From: Toensbergia leucococca
Taxonomy: Eukaryota
Direction of reading: 5' to 3'
DNA length: 36,921 nt
NCBI GenBank assembly: GCA_022813965.1
Contig: JALDZS010000217.1
Coordinates: 1-36,921, forward strand
Shown: in pieces, positions 1 through 13,087 of the stretch
Layout of the letters: each line of letters begins with the position of its first letter
How positions within the stretch are numbered: position 1 is the stretch's first letter
Notes under the pieces: generated by a model
Seen by the model: only the letters and a program-made list of their open reading frames with translations
Database searches by the model: none
What the model was told of the DNA's origin: nothing
Position numbers and translations under genes: made by a program

Positions 1-115
1 CTTGTTTCCTTCGTCTTTCGTCCTGTATAGTACTCAGTACATAGATCAAGCCTTATCATAGTTCCTAAACCCCTGATACAGCTGTGCTGTTCTTGCCTAA
101 GCCCAGTTCCTGACA
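1..115 (+). mobile_element. Partial LTR, family A (truncated by the window edge)
   Basis: Exact reverse complement of 35509-35623; ends in TGACA at 111-115. Strand is relative only. Confidence 0.85.
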
Positions 116-236
116 GGTGAGCCAAGAACCCTAAGTGGCTTGGTATCACCACGGTATATCTAGTGACTTCGCACCTAGATAGCTAGACATCTTCTATTTA
201 CACCCAGAATTCGGAATCTCAAAAGAGACCCTAACA
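116..236 (+). mobile_element. Partial LTR, family B, interrupted by the family A LTR
   Basis: Aligns in direct orientation with 35302-35422 (GGTGAGCC...GAGACCCT(A/T)ACA); starts abruptly right after the TGACA end of LTR-A. Confidence 0.8.
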
Positions 237-1440
237 TCATGCAAATTAATGAGACTGAAATCAATGTACTCATTTTATTTATCTTATCAGATTACATGTC
301 AGTATTCTTTTATGCATTTATGACAGATGAGAGATTTAAATCTAAATCACAAGCAAAAGTAATTAAATCTTAGTGAGTTCTATTAAAAGATTCACTCAAT
401 AAAATTATTAGATAAACAGCATCTTGTTGAGAAAATGTAAATTATTTATACACTAAATTATATAAGTTCTCAGTATATATAACATTCTTTAATTTGACTA
501 AATTTATAACTTATAGATTATTTACTTACTCTCAGAAATTTTTATTTATTTTGCATGCTAAATCACCTGCATTCTCTGTGTGCACAATGCAGACAAAATT
601 GAAATCTGAATTTTTATCTCATTATCAGTTATTCTTCTCTTTTATCTCAGCATCACTGACTCACTCTATCTGTTAAAAATGTAAGATCTTATTTTATTTC
701 AATAACACTCTTTACTGTCATCTGAAGACATGTTTATCTTACTGTTATCACTCTGAGCTAAATCAGTTATAAAGGTAACATAATATGATTTAATTAACAC
801 AGACAAAAGCTAAAGTATAAAGAATAATATTACAACTAACTATAGACTGTAATATCATATAATAGAGAGATAATAAAGCATGTGATAATGAGAGCATGAC
901 ATTTTTTTAGTTTTGCAGGCATCTGTTAAAAATATTTTTATAAAGGGTTTAGTGTATATCATAAAGAGCTTAGATTAGTGTCTTAGATTCAGTTCATTTA
1001 TTGATTTAGTCTCACACACTAAATATTCATGATTTTAGCACTTAAATTAGCATTCAACATATAACACACATACTCAATACAGATTATTCACAATAATAAG
1101 TAATGATGATTTTAATACTTAACTATAATCAATAATAAGATCAAACTTTGTTAATTATATCTTACTCAGCATTTTCTTTAATATTAATAATATACTCACT
1201 TAACATATAAATATAATTAAAGTTTTAATATATAAAATAAATAGATTAAATAAAGTCTTAAGATCCTTCTTCTCTTTTTTATCAGCTCTTTAAAAAACTG
1301 TATTAGTCTTTTTAACTCACTTGATTTAAGTTTTTGCATTTCTGATATCATAAAATCTACAGCATGCATAAAAAATGTAACAAATCATGGTTTGCTTCCT
1401 TTGTCACAGAATCAACCGTCATCAAGACTGCTTTATATTC
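237..1440. mobile_element. RIP-degraded retroelement relic
   Basis: Very AT-rich, TpA-rich, almost no CpG, no intact ORF. 671-733 (+) reads C*KCKILFYFNNTLYCHLKTC, a decayed C2H2-like zinc finger of the type seen in fungal LTR retroelements. Confidence 0.6.
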
Positions 1441-1673
1441 AAGACATTAACTCATTCAAAAAAGGCCTGTTCTCCCTAACGTAGCTATATATACGGGTGG
1501 TGCTATATAAATTTTCAAATCCCCTAATTTTGGTGGGATGTGAGTGCGAGGTCGGGTAGTTCTGCGTCTACCACCGGCTTTTGACAGATACGATACAATC
1601 ACACCTACATAGACGGAGCCGAAGCCCTTCAACGTTTCAAAAGATCGTGCCGAAGTGAAGTCGTACGAAACCC

Positions 1674-4016
1674 CTAGACCTCGAAGAATGTACTCACTAC
1701 ACTCTGCTTCCGCTCAGCCCGATTCGCCACACGCTCCTGAACATTCTTAGCGTCGTTGGCCGCAATGATGTCCTCGCCCGTCTCGGCGTGGTCCATGATG
1801 GAGTCAGTGTGCGGGACGAAGCGATTGAAGGCCCAGTAGAAGACGCCGGCGGAGATGAAGGAGTAAATATAACCGATGTTGAAACTACCCAAGTTGAGTT
1901 GTTAGCGTAAATCCAACCAAGTTGCGTTCGACGCTGGCTAGCGACAAGCTCTCTGCGAGCAAGTTGCTTGCGGGGAGAGAAAAAGGAAGAGACTCACAGA
2001 TGTTGACCACCCGCAGAGACGCCGGTTTTGCCCATGCCCGCTACAACGATGTTGTTGACGAAGCCAGGGAGTGGAGGGACGCAGCCGATGAAGAAGGCGG
2101 TGACGGCGCGCCAATTGCTGGCGTATCTGGGCGAGTAGCGGTAGATGCCGTGGAAGTTGTACATGTCGGGTACGGACACGTTACCACGGCGGACGATGTA
2201 ATAGCTGCGGCATGCGACAAACGGATTAGTGGATCTGGACATGGCAGGTGGGAGCTATGTGGGATTTAGGGGGACAAACTCAGTCATGAGGATGGATGTC
2301 ATGGGACCCAGGAAAATGGTGTAGCCGCCGAGGAAAGCAAGGAACTTTGCGGCTGACGCGAGGATTTTCCACTTCAGATGCGGTCAGCGGCGCAATGCTA
2401 ACCTTACATAAAGGCAGGCCGACTTACTGGAACAAAGCCCCAGCTACCAATGACGGCAGCAAGTAGTTGACCACGGCGTATGTTGATGTACTTGGGGCAA
2501 AAAGACATGAGGTCATTGGCCGCGCTGATGGAGTTGGCCGAGATGTTGATGCCAAGGGTGACGATGAGCAAGCCGATGGCGCCAAAGGCGGAAGCAGCGC
2601 GGCCACCGTGGGACCCGGATTTCATCCAGAGACCGACGATTACAATGGGGTTCCAAATGACTTGGCCATATGCCGTCTCAGACGACGCTGCAGTGAAGAT
2701 ACCAAGCAGGCCAACAATAGCTATGAATCCAGATGATTAGAAAGATCGACGTGAGAATGTGCGGCGGGAAACTCACTAAAGATGATGGGAATGACGATGG
2801 CTTGGACGTTCTGTGCGCTGGGTTTGTTGGCGTATCTCGCAAAGTCGGCGATGTTCAGGCCCAAGGTGGCGTAGTTACCCAAGACTCCGTTGAGATCTGC
2901 AAGAGGGAAGGGGGACTCTGGTTAGAGAGAAGCGAGGGATGATGGGGGTGCAGAGCATGGCTTACTGGCGAAAAAGGCCCAAGCGAGGGTGGAACCGCTC
3001 AAAGTGGTGCCCTGGGTGATGACGGTACTATGGCTGATGGTGCCGCCGGCCTTGTGCAACGTGGAACCGAAAATGGCTAAGAAAATGATCGGAGCAATAA
3101 CACTCTTGAGAGCGAAGAAATATTGGACCTTGGTGGTGTTAGTCAAGTCCATGACCCGGGGGGTGAGGTAAGCTGCAGGGTCATACTTTGGTGTAGGGTA
3201 TACATAGGAAGGGAATCTGAAGCAGGAAGTAGAGCACAAAGCCACACATTCCTGCCGTGGTGATGCCCTCGCTGGCGGGTATAGTATTGGGGATGTTGGC
3301 AAAGCTTGGCCAGATGGCTGTGAGCAAGACGGTCATGCACTGACCGCCAGTCGTGGTTTGGACACTGTGTAAAGTTAGCCTCCTAAAGTAATGAAGGAAT
3401 CAGTCAGAAAAACTAGCCCAAGCCAGACGATAGCGAGGACGCAGCGGGACAAGACAACAAAGTAGCTGAAGTAGTAGCCAAATGGCATGCGTGCGAGAAC
3501 GGGGAAGGGAGTGTGAAGCTATTTCAAGTAAGCTCAGCTCAGCTCTTTTCAGGACACAACTCACAGTGGCACCCATTCTGCCATTGACGGTAATGACGAT
3601 ACCCATGATAGTGTTGCCCAGGACACAGGCGCCGATTGCCATTTTCCAGCTGAGGCCGACGGCAATGATGGAAGAAGCTTGGCCACACAAGTTTCAGAAG
3701 CATCGCTCTCTCTGGCTCCAGTTTCAATGGACTCACCAACTTCCCAGTTCGAGACAGCCCAGGCGTCGGCCATCCAGTAGGCTACGTAGGCACCCCAGTT
3801 CCAGGTGCGTTTTGACGGAGGGATGGGGTCGAAATCGGCATTGGAGGCATTCTTTGTGGCGGCAAAGCTGCTCGGCTCTTGACGGACCTCAAGACTGAAG
3901 GCGGGGAAGCGTCTCTTGAGGCTGGACACCGGAGCGACTTCGCCAGACTCTATGGCGGAAGAGGCTGGGGAGCCATTCTTCTCTTGGTAGAAGTCTTTAT
4001 TGTCGTAGGATGCCAT
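1674..4016 (-). CDS. NCS1-family nucleobase/allantoin/uracil permease (Fur4/Dal4-like), about 10 exons, apparently intact
   Basis: Spliced translation gives NADFDPIPPSKRTW, AYWMADAW, LHTPFPVLARMPFG, NYATLGLNIADFARYA, ANSISAANDL, PKYINIRRG, VPWKIL, DYYIVRRG; ATG at 4016, TAG at 1674-1676. Confidence 0.92.
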
Positions 4017-4123
4017 GGTGGGGGGTGGTAAGTTTGGGACCAAGCAGGATAGAAGTGTCAAGTGTCGAGTCAATGGTCAGAGAGGTAGAAGGATGCGAAG
4101 ACAAAGATTGAGTCTAGTACCTA

Positions 4124-4448
4124 AGATAGGTTCTTAAGGTAGGTAGGTTCTTGTAGTATTTAATACTACTGAGGTCGAGGGACCTGATAACTTAGATAAG
4201 CGAAAAAAGCTTAGTCTCTTGTTCTGACATGCCAAAACTCCAAGCTCAAGGCTTAGGGTCCCCCTTAGTCCAGCCACTCTGGATTTGGTGCTTTTTCAAC
4301 AAGATCATCCATGGCCTAATGCAGTTCATCGAGAAACCCCGACCATGTCACCTATCAGCTGGTTGATCCATGTGACACGTCAAAAGATAAGGAATTGACG
4401 GCCAATGCCTATCAATCCTTTCAATAAGATAGCGTTGTGACGTTATCT
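4124..4448. promoter_or_regulatory. Cluster of HGATAR (AreA/Nit2-type GATA) sites upstream of the permease
   Basis: Eight HGATAR hexamers across both strands, at 4124, 4185, 4194, 4352, 4385, 4409, 4427 and 4443. Confidence 0.6.
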
Positions 4449-4599
4449 TGAGTTGGGGGGAGGTGGGGTTACAAAGTTAAAGTTAAGATCTGAGGACTAA
4501 AACATGTTCGAGGATTGGTCCGAGGTCAGATTAGAATACGGCTGACGTAGTACAAGATCTGATTGTCTACCTAAGCCTATCTGAGAGAAATGTACAAGC

Positions 4600-4900
4600 A
4601 GAAAATATGAGCTAAGTATATTGAAAATGTGAGTGTGAACGCAATAACTTTTTCTTTCTTTCAATAAATCTAAATTTGCAATTAAGAAGCTGTGACGGTA
4701 AAGAGTGTCACACTTTTTCTCTAGATTAACTAAATTGACTAATGATTACTCTTATACTCTAATCATTACTAAGAAATTCTAAGATTCTATAAAATTAAAT
4801 GAACCAAGCACATAATTAGTCAAGTGAGTAAGTTATATACTTACTCACCTTTTCTTCTATAGTTGAATTTTAGTACTATTATGCATCATTTGTGAGTCAG
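4600..4900. mobile_element. Short AT-rich repeat relic
   Basis: Local drop in GC with TpA excess; small inverted repeats TGTGAC..GTCACA (4691-4712) and GTGAGTAAGT/ACTTACTCAC (4824-4848). Confidence 0.35.
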
Positions 4901-4962
4901 ACTCTCTCATTGCACATTGAAATTGACAAGATAAGCTACAGTCTCAACATGGCTAACGAGTC

Positions 4963-5817
4963 TTATCTTGAACCATCATCTCTAGGAGGAACGCTCCCTT
5001 GACTTGTTCTATGGAGTCTATAACCCGCAGTCCGACCAGATTCCACAGCCGAATGCTCGCTGCTGACCTGTCCTCCATTTCTCCCCCCCGACGTCCTTTG
5101 ATTCGGTTTCACATCCCGCCGAGCAGATTGCGAACGTTGATGCCGCTCATCATCCGGCTCCTCTATGACTTCCACGAGGCAGAGGTCCCTACGGGGTCGA
5201 AAGGCCTTAGTACTGGGATTCCCTTCTAAATCAGTACGGCCCGAGTAAGGAAGTGCTTCTCGTTGCCCGGGCTGGGCGCGCGAGGCATGTAGCAACGCAG
5301 CGCTGCCACCGTGTTTAGTCGTCCGATCTAAAAGGTTCTGTTGACTGGCCAGGAGCTCGAGGTTTCTGACTTTGAGTGGAAGCTTGCTGGATTCCGCGTG
5401 TTGGAGTGCGAGACGATTCATATCCATCTGACTCAGTTTCGGCGGACCAGCTTCAAGCCGTTTGCGAGTCTCCTGCGACTCCCGCCGGTGTGACTTTCGC
5501 GACTCATCGTTCGTCGATTGTCTTGATGACTTGTGTGACTCTCGACCAGCTTCAGATATTAGGACACGACTGCGCACGACACTATCACTCCCGGCATTAC
5601 TCTTGCTCACTTTAGTCGCCGCAAGCTGTCTTCTCAGTCGTTCGATCTCCTTATCCTGTTCACTGGACTTGGATTTAGATTCCTTGGAAGTTTCTGGCGT
5701 TCTGCCATTAGCGGCATGTTTGAATTGCTTCTTGGCGAGGTTCTCAAGCTGCTGAGGGATGGCGTTGGCCTTGCGCTCGAGATAGCGCTCGCCGATGCCC
5801 TCTATGAAGCTCTCCAT
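4963..5817 (-). CDS. Hypothetical low-complexity, charged protein (~284 aa)
   Basis: Long open frame from MESFIEGIGERYLE; S/R/E-rich with a short coiled-coil-like stretch (DKEIERLRRQLA); no recognisable domain. Confidence 0.45.
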   Translation of the reverse strand: MESFIEGIGERYLERKANAIPQQLENLAKKQFKHAANGRTPETSKESKSKSSEQDKEIERLRRQLAATKVSKSNAGSDSVVRSRVLISEAGRESHKSSRQSTNDESRKSHRRESQETRKRLEAGPPKLSQMDMNRLALQHAESSKLPLKVRNLELLASQQNLLDRTTKHGGSAALLHASRAQPGQREALPYSGRTDLEGNPSTKAFRPRRDLCLVEVIEEPDDERHQRSQSARRDVKPNQRTSGGRNGGQVSSEHSAVESGRTAGYRLHRTSQGSVPPRDDGSR

Positions 5818-6696
5818 TGATATACAGTGCACAAGGCCAGATGCTGGCGAAATGAAGATGATGGTGTGATGACTTCACCTACGACGTCACTCATGTCAAG
5901 AAATCAAGTCCTCGGCGGGCCAACGTAGAATACCCGAGGACAGCTTCAGGCAACCCTAGTGATTCCTGAATATCTTCCCACGCTTCCATATCTCAATCAA
6001 ATATTCATGACTATTCTTCTCTTCTCAAAAAACAGACAATAAACTTAGGTAATGATAAAGTATTGCAATCTCAGAAAGAAAAGTATTCTAACAATAAAAA
6101 ACTTTCTACTCTCACCTAGCTATATCAACATTCAAATATTAAAAGAACGCATTCTAGACCTCATCAATAAAATCCCCAGCTCATCACAAAACCCTACTCA
6201 TGAACACCCCCCATCACCTCCATACTCTAAACCCCCTAATAACGTGAATCCTACCCAGAACAAAACCCTCTAATATAATTCCAAAAACCCCTACAACTGA
6301 GAACATCAACCGCGCATTAGAATTATCAATCGATCCCCTCCCGTCCACTCCCGCCTAAAAAGCGGCAGGCGTCCAAGCCGGCGCCAGCGACTTGGCAGCA
6401 AGGCTGGCGAAAAATGGCGCACAAATTTCATGCAGCACGTTACAGAAGATATCACGCGACAATCAAATAGTAAGATATTGTGCCTCATACCAGACACGAT
6501 TCTTGATAAGCCTAAGGGTTGACGTTGATTCCATCTGGCGAAAAGTTTTGCTAACAAACCTAAGCAGTGTCAAGAACGCGCCTCTCTGGCCTAGAGCCGA
6601 CCATTGAATCCGCGCACCTAGTATTGCATTGTAGCTTGCAGATTTCCAAAGAAGTGAGAACCAAACCCCACCACAGACCCGACCAGAAACGCTACC

Positions 6697-7548
6697 ATGG
6701 CCGACACCATGCCTCCAAACGCAGATCCAAAGGAGCACACCCCTCAACCAATCCGCACCTTTCAAATCCTCAAAAAGGTCCCCATCCCCCAACTAGCCTC
6801 CCTTTCATCTCCTCAACTCACTCACCAATAGCTCCACCCCCTCTCCCTCTCCCTCCTAATCCTCCCAACCGGCGGCACCATGCCCACCCCCAGCCCAGCG
6901 TAGCACACCTCCCGTCTAACCTACCTTCAATGGCCCTGGGCCACAGTGCCCGTAAATATCTACCTCGGCGCTTCAGAGACGGAGAATGACAGCTGGGTGG
7001 GAGGATTGAGTTTCCAGCTTCCGATGGGTTTTTTGAAATTGTGCTCTTCGGTTGAAGGAGTGTGGGGAGAAGAGAGAGGAGAGGAGGGGCGGCAGAGGGG
7101 GATGGTTAGGCAGATTGGGATGAAGAGGGAGTATCACCTCCTCATCCCCGAAGTTTCGAAATATCGTTCGGGTGCAGCAACCGTGGACCAGCAACCGGAG
7201 GATTTTGTAAGACCCGATTCACTAATTTGGAAAGGCACCATGTCTGCAGTGAAGCAGGTGGATCAATCTTCAATCAACTCAAAATCGTCATCACCATGTC
7301 ACGGAAACCTAAAGCTATTCCGATCCTCTGATCCGCACAAACTGCTCGGCTTGTGGGAAAACAAGACTGACTGGCCAAAGCTGGGGAACCTCATGTTGTT
7401 TGAGGAATTCCGAGAAGGGGATGGCTTGGAAGGCGTGATTGCAAGTTATACCGCAACTGTGCTGTTTGAGCGGGTTACTTATCGGGGTTTGGTTGGAGGT
7501 CTGTTCTCGAGAGCCCGTCCGGAGAACGGGAAGGAGGATAGTCAGTGA
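6697..7548 (+). CDS. Hypothetical protein with unresolved 5' structure (possibly disrupted)
   Basis: ATG at 6697 in ACCATGG context and a 200-codon globular-looking frame 6946-7548; in-frame TAG at 6901-6903, and no clean splice path to the ATG was found. Confidence 0.4.
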
Positions 7549-7756
7549 AAAAAGTCGTTCGCTCGGTTTGGCTCTTTGCTGCTCTTTGATGTCTTGAAGT
7601 CATGGATCAGAACAATGACTGACATGTGAGAGACCGAAAGAGAGAAGGAAGTTGAGGTAGTGAAATTTACGTTGTGAGAATATTCTCGTAAATATATACA
7701 TATCCGAACGTCAGCCAAATGAAAGTCGCGTCAACGTCTCCTTACTCATCCATTTC

Positions 7757-9003
7757 CTAAACCCTCACATTACTGAGGTTAGATTCAATGTCATCCTTAG
7801 GCTCGTTGACAACAATGTATTCCCGCTTCCATACTACATCTCCGTTTCTGACCTTCTCCGGCTGGTCATCGCGCTCGCTTATGTCGGAATGGCCTTGCTC
7901 GGAACCGCGGGGTGATGAGTTCCATAGGATCTTTCCGCTTCGTACGCTCTCAAGTAGTCGGGGCCATATTCGAGCGAACAATGGCCGGAGCGCAGGTAGG
8001 GATGCACAGATCTGCTTGTTATCAGAGTGAAGAAAGACGGTGATCTCATACCATTGACGTACCACGCCAATGTCAATTTCCAGAGTGGTAACCAAGCACT
8101 CTGGCCATACCCACCACGTAATATCATAAGTTCTTCTCAGCGCTAGATCATCTATATAGACACGTGCGATAGCGGACAAGCAAACCAGACAACCAAGACC
8201 AAAGATGGAGAAGACGGCGAGGCGTTGCCTCAAAGGAAGCTGCAACTTCCATATCATGGGCATGGGGATGAAGAAAGAGAAAAAATCAGTCGTAGTGTTG
8301 AGAATTCCAAAGGTGAGCATTGCATAGTCTTGGTTGATGCAGATGTGTGGATAGCTGGGTTCTAGATCCCAATAGGCTCTCAGAGGTCTATGAGGTCTAC
8401 TCAGCAAAGTCCCAATGCAACCTAAGTATAAATTGTTGAGAACTACGAACCTGCATTGTAGAAGGACTGTGAAATAGAAGCTGATTGTGAGGGCACATTG
8501 GGCAATCATTCCGTATATGATACAACGCTCATACATCTTGCGATTGCTACGTGCAATAATACGAAGGATGAAGACGGATAGAGACAACTTGGTGAGCAGG
8601 CTCGAAAGTGAATATGTCAGTTCTCCGGCTATCTGAATTTTGGCAATGGCGGTCAAGGTGGAGATCTCAACATCCCAGATGTGGCGATTCCATGTAGAAT
8701 GAGCATAGGTTACGATCATTATCGAGGCCAAGCAGATAGTCGGAATCTGTGAGTGCCATGTTAGCAATTCGATTTATGGGTGTTCTAGTATCAGAAATAT
8801 ACCAAAGCAAGTCCAATTAGGATATCATCAGCGCCAAAGCTGCGAGTGATGCATAGTCGAGTATAGTATCTCAGACCAACGACAAACAAAACTACAAGTA
8901 GCAAAATGGCATCTAGGACCAGAAGGCCTGGCCCATGAGTCTTTGGGTCGACATAATTTGGCTGAGGCCAGCTCGCAATTACTTCAAGAGGTGGAATGAG
9001 CAT
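7757..9003 (-). CDS. PTH11-like integral membrane protein (fungal rhodopsin-like domain), 4 exons
   Basis: WPQPNYVDP N-terminus, FGADDILI, LTKLSL, QCRPLRAYWD, NTTTDF, PMPMIWKLQLPLRQRLAV, ICASLPALRPLF; GT-AG introns. Confidence 0.88.
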
Positions 9004-10376
9004 GGTGCAGTAGGTAATTCGAGGCGTAGAAGAATCGTTTCAAGTCCAAACAGGCAACTTCAGAGATGAAATCGAAGCAATCGATCAGAAGATTCGGACG
9101 TCGTGCCATGATATAAATTGGCATTTCAATGTTGTGGCTACGGAACACAGCTGCAGCCAGGTCCCGTCCGCTTTGATAGTCTAGCCAGGGTAATGGAATT
9201 TCTGGGAGCATAACGAGGATTAATAAGATGTGGGATAAAAGACTAAACAAATTTTCTGAGATGGCTCGATGCGCAGCTCTCTGGATTCGTGTATTGGTTG
9301 GCTGGGCAAAGGTCCCCTTTAAGCGCCCTGAGCGGGCCTGGGTTACCATCCTGCACGCCTGCCACAGTCCCACCCTCCCGCGGAATTGGTCGTGACCTAA
9401 AATATTCTGGGGCATCGGAGAATTGTTCACCGGCCCATGTACATTCATAGAACATGGTAGTAGGAGGGAGGGAAGTCCATGCCTAACGGGCAGACGAAAA
9501 GCCTAAATCATCCCTACCAAGCTTTAGCAGCGGCACGCATAAGGTAAGGTAAATGAGACTCGGTAAAGTAGGTGAGTAGGTACCTTGTAAAGTACCTCAT
9601 AGAGCACCTTGTCTAGTCGTCGCATAACCGCGATGGTTCCCACTAACAAGGCCGAGGGGCCCAAGCTGTTGATGGGATTCGCTCGCCAATCCTTCTAGAA
9701 TTAATCGCATCGTCGAGTGGAGATGTCTTTGCATATCTTAGATGGTTCCGGACCCGACGGCAATTTGATCTTCCCAGTAGAATTCACTTATCTCTCTCTA
9801 GATATTATACGCTCCACTTACATTGCTAGATTTTGTTCTGTCGACTTAGTTGCCCCATCATTGTGGTGGATTGCGACAAGGGTCATGCTGGTGCTCAAGC
9901 CTTTCAATTGAGAGAGCTTCTTCATTCAAAAATGCATTACTTATTTCTCGACCAAATGAAGGTGACAGTGTGATTGGAGCCCGAGGTCGGGCAGTCTGGC
10001 TTCGTTAAGCCAGCACTGAGGTGGAGGTCAGTGTCACACCTACCGAGTGTATAGCGATTTCCAAGCTTGCTCTCTCAGGACATTGACTCTAGGGTTTAGC
10101 CCCATTGGCCCGATGCCATTTTGTTGTTGGCAGGAGAGGGTAGTCGAGGAGGACATAGTCGTCTTCTCGGACGCGAAGATTGTTTTAGAATGAGAATACG
10201 GAGTACACAAGATAATTTACATTAGAATACTCGTATCTTATTCAGAACTTACTAGAATACGCCAAGCGCTTCGGCGTCCCGGCGCTTCGAGGGAGACAGC
10301 AATACCTTGGATCTGCTCACGACGACCTACCAACGACCTATAACCATAAGGCACACAAGGGGTTAGGCAGCATTTC

Positions 10377-12367
10377 ATGATATTCTCAGCCTTAGCCAGA
10401 TCTATGGTTGCCCATCTGACAGCCTTGGTCCATTTGCTCATTGTCTTTGTTTCTTTTCCCCATCTCGCGAGTCCTGCATGTTTCGCTCCAAGCCATCCTT
10501 TTCCTGCCCCTGCCCTCAATGTTCAAACCAGCTCTCTCACTTCTTTGTTTGCGAAAATCAATGCTAGTTTTCAAAGTGCTCTGCAAGGAAAGCATGTTTC
10601 ATGGAACACTAGTACTACCTCGTTTGCTGTCGAGGTCACGTCAGCCGAGGAGACTCTATGGGGGTCCTATCATACAGCCCCAGTACTAGGAAATTACACC
10701 GACTCCAGTCCTACTCAGGTAACTGGGGACACTTACTTTCGTATCGCCAGTATTACCAAACTTTTCACTGTTCTTGCTGTGCTACTTCAGCAGAAAGCCG
10801 GGAACATGAGCTTACAAGATCCTATTGTGAAATACATTCCCGAGCTTCTGGTTGGCCAAAAAGAAGGGGGGATACAATGGGATCAGATCACCTTGGAATC
10901 AATGGCCAGCCAGCTTAGTGGTATACCTAGAGAATGTAAGTAATTGTCACTTCTCGACGCATCCATTATGATTAATAGCTTCCAATACAGACGGCCAAAA
11001 CGACATCACAAACGATGACGTTGCAAAGAAATATGGTATTTCCAATGCTGTGAGCATTGGACTTCCACCACTGAAGGAAAACGAGTATCCACACTGCAGT
11101 AGAAGTCGGGTTGAGAAATCCTGTTCTCGTAAGGGTCTGTCATCCTCGATCGTCAACCCTATAAATACCGCTGACAACTAGATCAGAACTTATTGAGGGC
11201 TTCAAGAAGAGACCTCCAATTTTTACGCCAAATGCCAAGTCTTCTTACTCCAATATGGCCTTTACTTTGCTCGGCCTCGCTCTTGAGAATGCCACGGGCA
11301 AGCCATACGAAGAGGTCATTTCATCCACCATCTTCGAGCCCTTGGGTATGCACAGATCTAGCTTAGAGAAACCCAAAGATTCCGATGGTATCATACCCGC
11401 GGTGGATAATGCCTGGAAATATGTTGCCGGCGTATATGCACCGTTTGTTTTCCTTCCCAATCCCATCTCTAGATGGCTCTACTGAAATGATCTCGCAAGC
11501 ACCGGAGGGATTTATATGACAGCTTCTGATCTCTCGATTTTCCATCGAGCCATAATGTCACACCAACTCCTGGACGTTGCAACGACAAATGTATGGCTCA
11601 AACCACGCTCATACTCATCAAGCATATCCTTTACTTATGGCATGCCGTGGGAAATATTGCGCACAGATCAGATATTGACAGACTCGGACCGCGGTATCAC
11701 TCTCTTCACCAAATCTGGAGGCCTTGAAGGATATACCTCTCAGTTCATTCATATTCCCGAGTATGAACTAGGGCTTACTATTCTAGTGGCCGGCGAATCT
11801 CGCGCTCTTAATTGGTTGCGAGAAAAGGTGATCCCGCCACTTATACGAGGTGTTGAGCAAATTACTAGGGATCAGACTGATGAACGATACGCCGGCACTT
11901 ATAAGACTCCAAATGTTGATGATTTGAATTCTTCGGTAGTTCTAGAAGTTCAAATTGAGGACGGAAGATGTCACGGCTTGGTACTAACATCCTGGGTATC
12001 AAACGGTACCGACTTTCTTCTTGAATACTCGGGACTTGCAACTGGCGTTCGAGACCTCGATCGAGGTAAAGCACAGCTAGTTCCATCCAATGTCAACAGA
12101 GATAAATATCATGAGGCTTGGATGCTAGACTTTCTTTCGTCTAAAGTACTGACAGAACCCAGTGCGGTTGCTGACACGTGTCTCATCAACGATGTTGATA
12201 CGCTGATGTATGGAGATCGAAGCCTACAGGAATTTCTATTCATCAGTGATGTGAATGGCGACATCAACAGCGTTGAGCTCCCTGCTTTCCGGGTTACGTT
12301 GAGGAAAGAAAGTATGAGTAAAGTCGAGGAATATGATGGAGATCAAGGTATATACAAAGAATTATGA
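10377..12367 (+). CDS. Secreted beta-lactamase/transpeptidase-like serine hydrolase, 4 exons
   Basis: Hydrophobic N-terminus; SxxK (FRIASITK), YxN (YSN) and KSG motifs; three GT-AG introns join the ORF pieces in frame. Confidence 0.9.
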
Positions 12368-13087
12368 AGTGTATACTCGTGCGTTAGAAATTGAATGATA
12401 ATCTCATTTGCTGACCCAATGACCGAGGACCGCTATGCAGGGTGATCCGTCTACTCTTTATGCCTGACGAGACATGGCCATGGCTTACTGATCGCCCATA
12501 CCTCATTGGCGCCAGAATGACTAACAACTATTCATGTGTCCTAGAAATTTAGGCCCCAAACGTTCAGAGCATGTATGTGTACGAGTCTGGTCAACATATG
12601 ACTTAGATCACCCAATCCGGCTAGTGTTGTAGATGGAGTCAAGGTGCCTAAGGTATGCATTTTAGGTTTGATTGCTAAGAAGCGTGATAGGACTACACCA
12701 TATCTAGGAAGCAGGAGAAGCTGGTCATCAAACTTTCTCCAACAAGACTGGAAATGAATGCCTGCCGCAACCTTCACTGTCGCAATTCAGTTTAATGTGA
12801 ATTCTCATGGCTTAGTTATGGTTTTCCGAGTCCTTGGCGGCATGTCTCAAACGCTCTTTCTAACATTCACGAGGCTTGTTGACACATCGATTGAGTGTTA
12901 TCCTTCTGGATCACAGGTATAAATATAACTCTCTCCCGTATCCATTTCTGCTTTCTTATATCAAGGATTTGATTAAGCAACAAGTTTCAGTGACCCTCCT
13001 ACATAATCCGTCTTTGAGTTACCCTCATAACTCTAGTCGCGATCTTCCACGCTACTAATCAATCTCAAGTATCCTCAGTCCGATACC

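Noticed and set aside
1949..1977. Hairpin in the last NCS1 intron
   Set aside because: Its G-U pairs form only on the non-transcribed strand; more likely a decayed DNA palindrome.
8984..9911. ORFs in the PTH11/beta-lactamase spacer (e.g. 154 aa at 8984-9448)
   Set aside because: No domain features; they overlap the expected promoter and 5' UTR.
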